From an uncultured Methanosarcinaceae archaeon (GTDB lineage Archaea; Halobacteriota; Methanosarcinia; Methanosarcinales; Methanosarcinaceae): a stretch of 64,000 nucleotides of DNA. The DNA is taken from the NCBI GenBank assembly GCA_963833425.1, contig CAWHXP010000004.1:21681-85680 (forward strand), read 5' to 3'. Of this stretch, positions 62,053-64,000 are shown in pieces. The translations under genes and the position numbers were made by a program. How positions within the stretch are numbered: position 1 is the first letter of the stretch; the number at the start of each line of letters is the position of its first letter. Below the pieces are notes generated by a model that made no database searches, was not told the origin of the DNA, and saw only the letters and a program-made list of their open reading frames with translations.

Positions 62053-62816
62053 CGATATATTATCTAAATCATATTGTTTGTGAAATGTGAGTATTGTTTT
62101 TGGAATTGTGATTTAATGCGAAAAATAGTTAAAAATATATAATCAAAAAATTAATACAAACTCATAAAATTTGTTTGAGAATCCACCTTGAAACATATAA
62201 CTGAATTTCTTACAATAAATAAAACCTTTTTCCTGTAGTAGACGAACTGAGAACTATTTACCCTCTTCTCTTAGAATTCTCATAAAATGTGGATTTCTTT
62301 TCGAATTGTATGCAATTGGATTGAATGTGGCCCAGTTCTTTTTTTCATCCATCAAAAAGTATTTTTTGTAATTCGCTGGTCATTTAAAGCACTCAAATTA
62401 CACATCATTTTATCGAATCAAAAAATTTATCTGTAGATAAATATTTTTCTGGAACTAATTTTAATTTTTTTTAAAATAGAATTTTTTTTCTGCAGTTTGA
62501 GCATGCATTGATCACTTCCAATGCCCAATCCACCTTGCATAAAAGAAAAAAATACAACAATTAGATCAAAAATTTACACACAGAAGAATAGAATGAGCTT
62601 TTTTATACATATTAGTCTTTGTTCATACAAATTTTTTTGAACCTGACATAAGAACAAAATTCTCGATGGTCTATTGGGATAATTCTTGAAAGCTTAATCA
62701 CTTTATAAAGCGCGAGTTATTCAATGAAGTATAATCTATTTTATTTGCTTTTTCACGCGTAAATGTCTTTGCATCTCATGCTTCTCCAACTAGAACTTGT
62801 AGATGCTTTATTAATA

Positions 62817-62863
<47 letters not shown>

Positions 62864-63333
62864 CCAAGACGCATGTATTGATTCACATACAACAATATAA
62901 CATTATTCCGAGACGGCAAAAATTTTGAGAGCTAAAATTCAATTGACATATCTAGCGAAAAATCGCAGCTGTTTTTTTACCTGATATACTTAGGAGAGTA
63001 GCAATGGAGAACTTTTTTGATATGTAAACCGCAAACCCTGTTTACGATTTCTGTCGATTTAAATCACCAATTCATTTGGCAGTGGAACTGCCTAAAAGAT
63101 CAATTTAATAATCGTGCTCATAGTGTCATTTGGCCTTTGATGCAACTAATTTATTAATTTCATAAAATTTTTAAAAACTAAAATTAATACAACCTTCCTG
63201 TTCAATTTAATCGTAGAATCAAGTAACAAAAAACTGTAGAAAGTACTTTAATTTATTTAAGCCTGTTTTTTGAAGAATTTAATGTTCGTTTTATATTAAA
63301 TAATGGATGGAATTATACGAGTTATAAGATGTT

Positions 63334-63424
63334 AGAGGATTTCGATAAACCCAATATTTTGTCATCCGCATATAAAATGTATGTAATAGATTCGTGAAAA
63401 TAAGGAGCTTATCGAAAATTTCTT
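63334..63424. mobile_element. ~91-bp IS5-end MITE
   Basis: agaggatttcgataaaccc...ggagcttatcgaaaatttctt. Confidence 0.65.
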
Positions 63425-64000
63425 GCGGCTATTAACAATATTTTACTGATTTTTTTTCTCCGATTTTAGTTGTAAAGTAACTTTTTAATTAGTTTAACCA
63501 GTTTGATTACTTTATTACTTATGCTTTTTCGAGAAAGTTTTAAGATTAAAAACCCATCTTTACATTAATCCATAACATTTTAGCTCAAAATGGATCTTAT
63601 TTGCAAGTCATTTATCAATTCTAAAAAAGAAATGCATTAATTCGTTTAAAAAATCAAAAGAGTTCCACGTCCATGATTTCCAATAACTAATTAAAAATAA
63701 AAATTATTTAGTTTTTAATTTTGTAGCCAAAGCGGTATTAAAGAAACTGATTTTAGATCTGGATAGTTTTCGCATCAACTTTATACTCCTATTAAATAGC
63801 CCAGAAAAAGATTTTCTTAATATACATACGGAAATCAAGGATAAGGGTATTTAAGCTATCGAGAGTTCAAAATCTTAAAAGTGATATTCTCCTGCATATC
63901 TGGAAATCCAAAAAAGAGCTAGTACAGGTAATTTTGAAAAAATTTACTTTGATCTAAATGCAATAATTTAAACTATTTCAAAAGCATTAGATGAACTTAG

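Overview
Archaeal chromosomal window, most likely from a Methanosarcina-like methanogen (inferred from gatE, archaeal CobT, geranylgeranyl reductase + ferredoxin, Isf flavoprotein, AksF-like dehydrogenase, FtsZ2, YVTN/TPR surface-protein relics and Methanosarcina-type IS families). Recognisable intact or near-intact CDS cover only about 45% of the window (rough sum of lengths). The AT-rich gaps hold decayed IS elements (IS5, ISH3, IS630, IS481, IS200/IS605), a dispersed ~90-bp IS5-end MITE family and gene relics, including an in-place eroded C-terminal domain of MetRS. This pattern points to ongoing genome degradation. The most unusual accessory locus (541-9673, - strand, visibly GC-richer) is a non-canonical nitrogenase-like D-K-H cluster, now pseudogenised. 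It is followed by a thiol/TPMT-like methyltransferase, an eroded ABC-ATPase copy, an aromatic-decarboxylase-type amidohydrolase and two DUF169 genes, and preceded by an intact ABC exporter. Four otherwise clean genes (gatE, EamA, tatC, GGR) each carry one extra base, which is most simply explained as sequencing error but needs checking. Also present are tRNA-Pro(GGG), an unannotated 44-aa Lys-rich small ORF and a candidate structured leader upstream of a TPR surface-protein gene. No CRISPR array or rRNA was seen.
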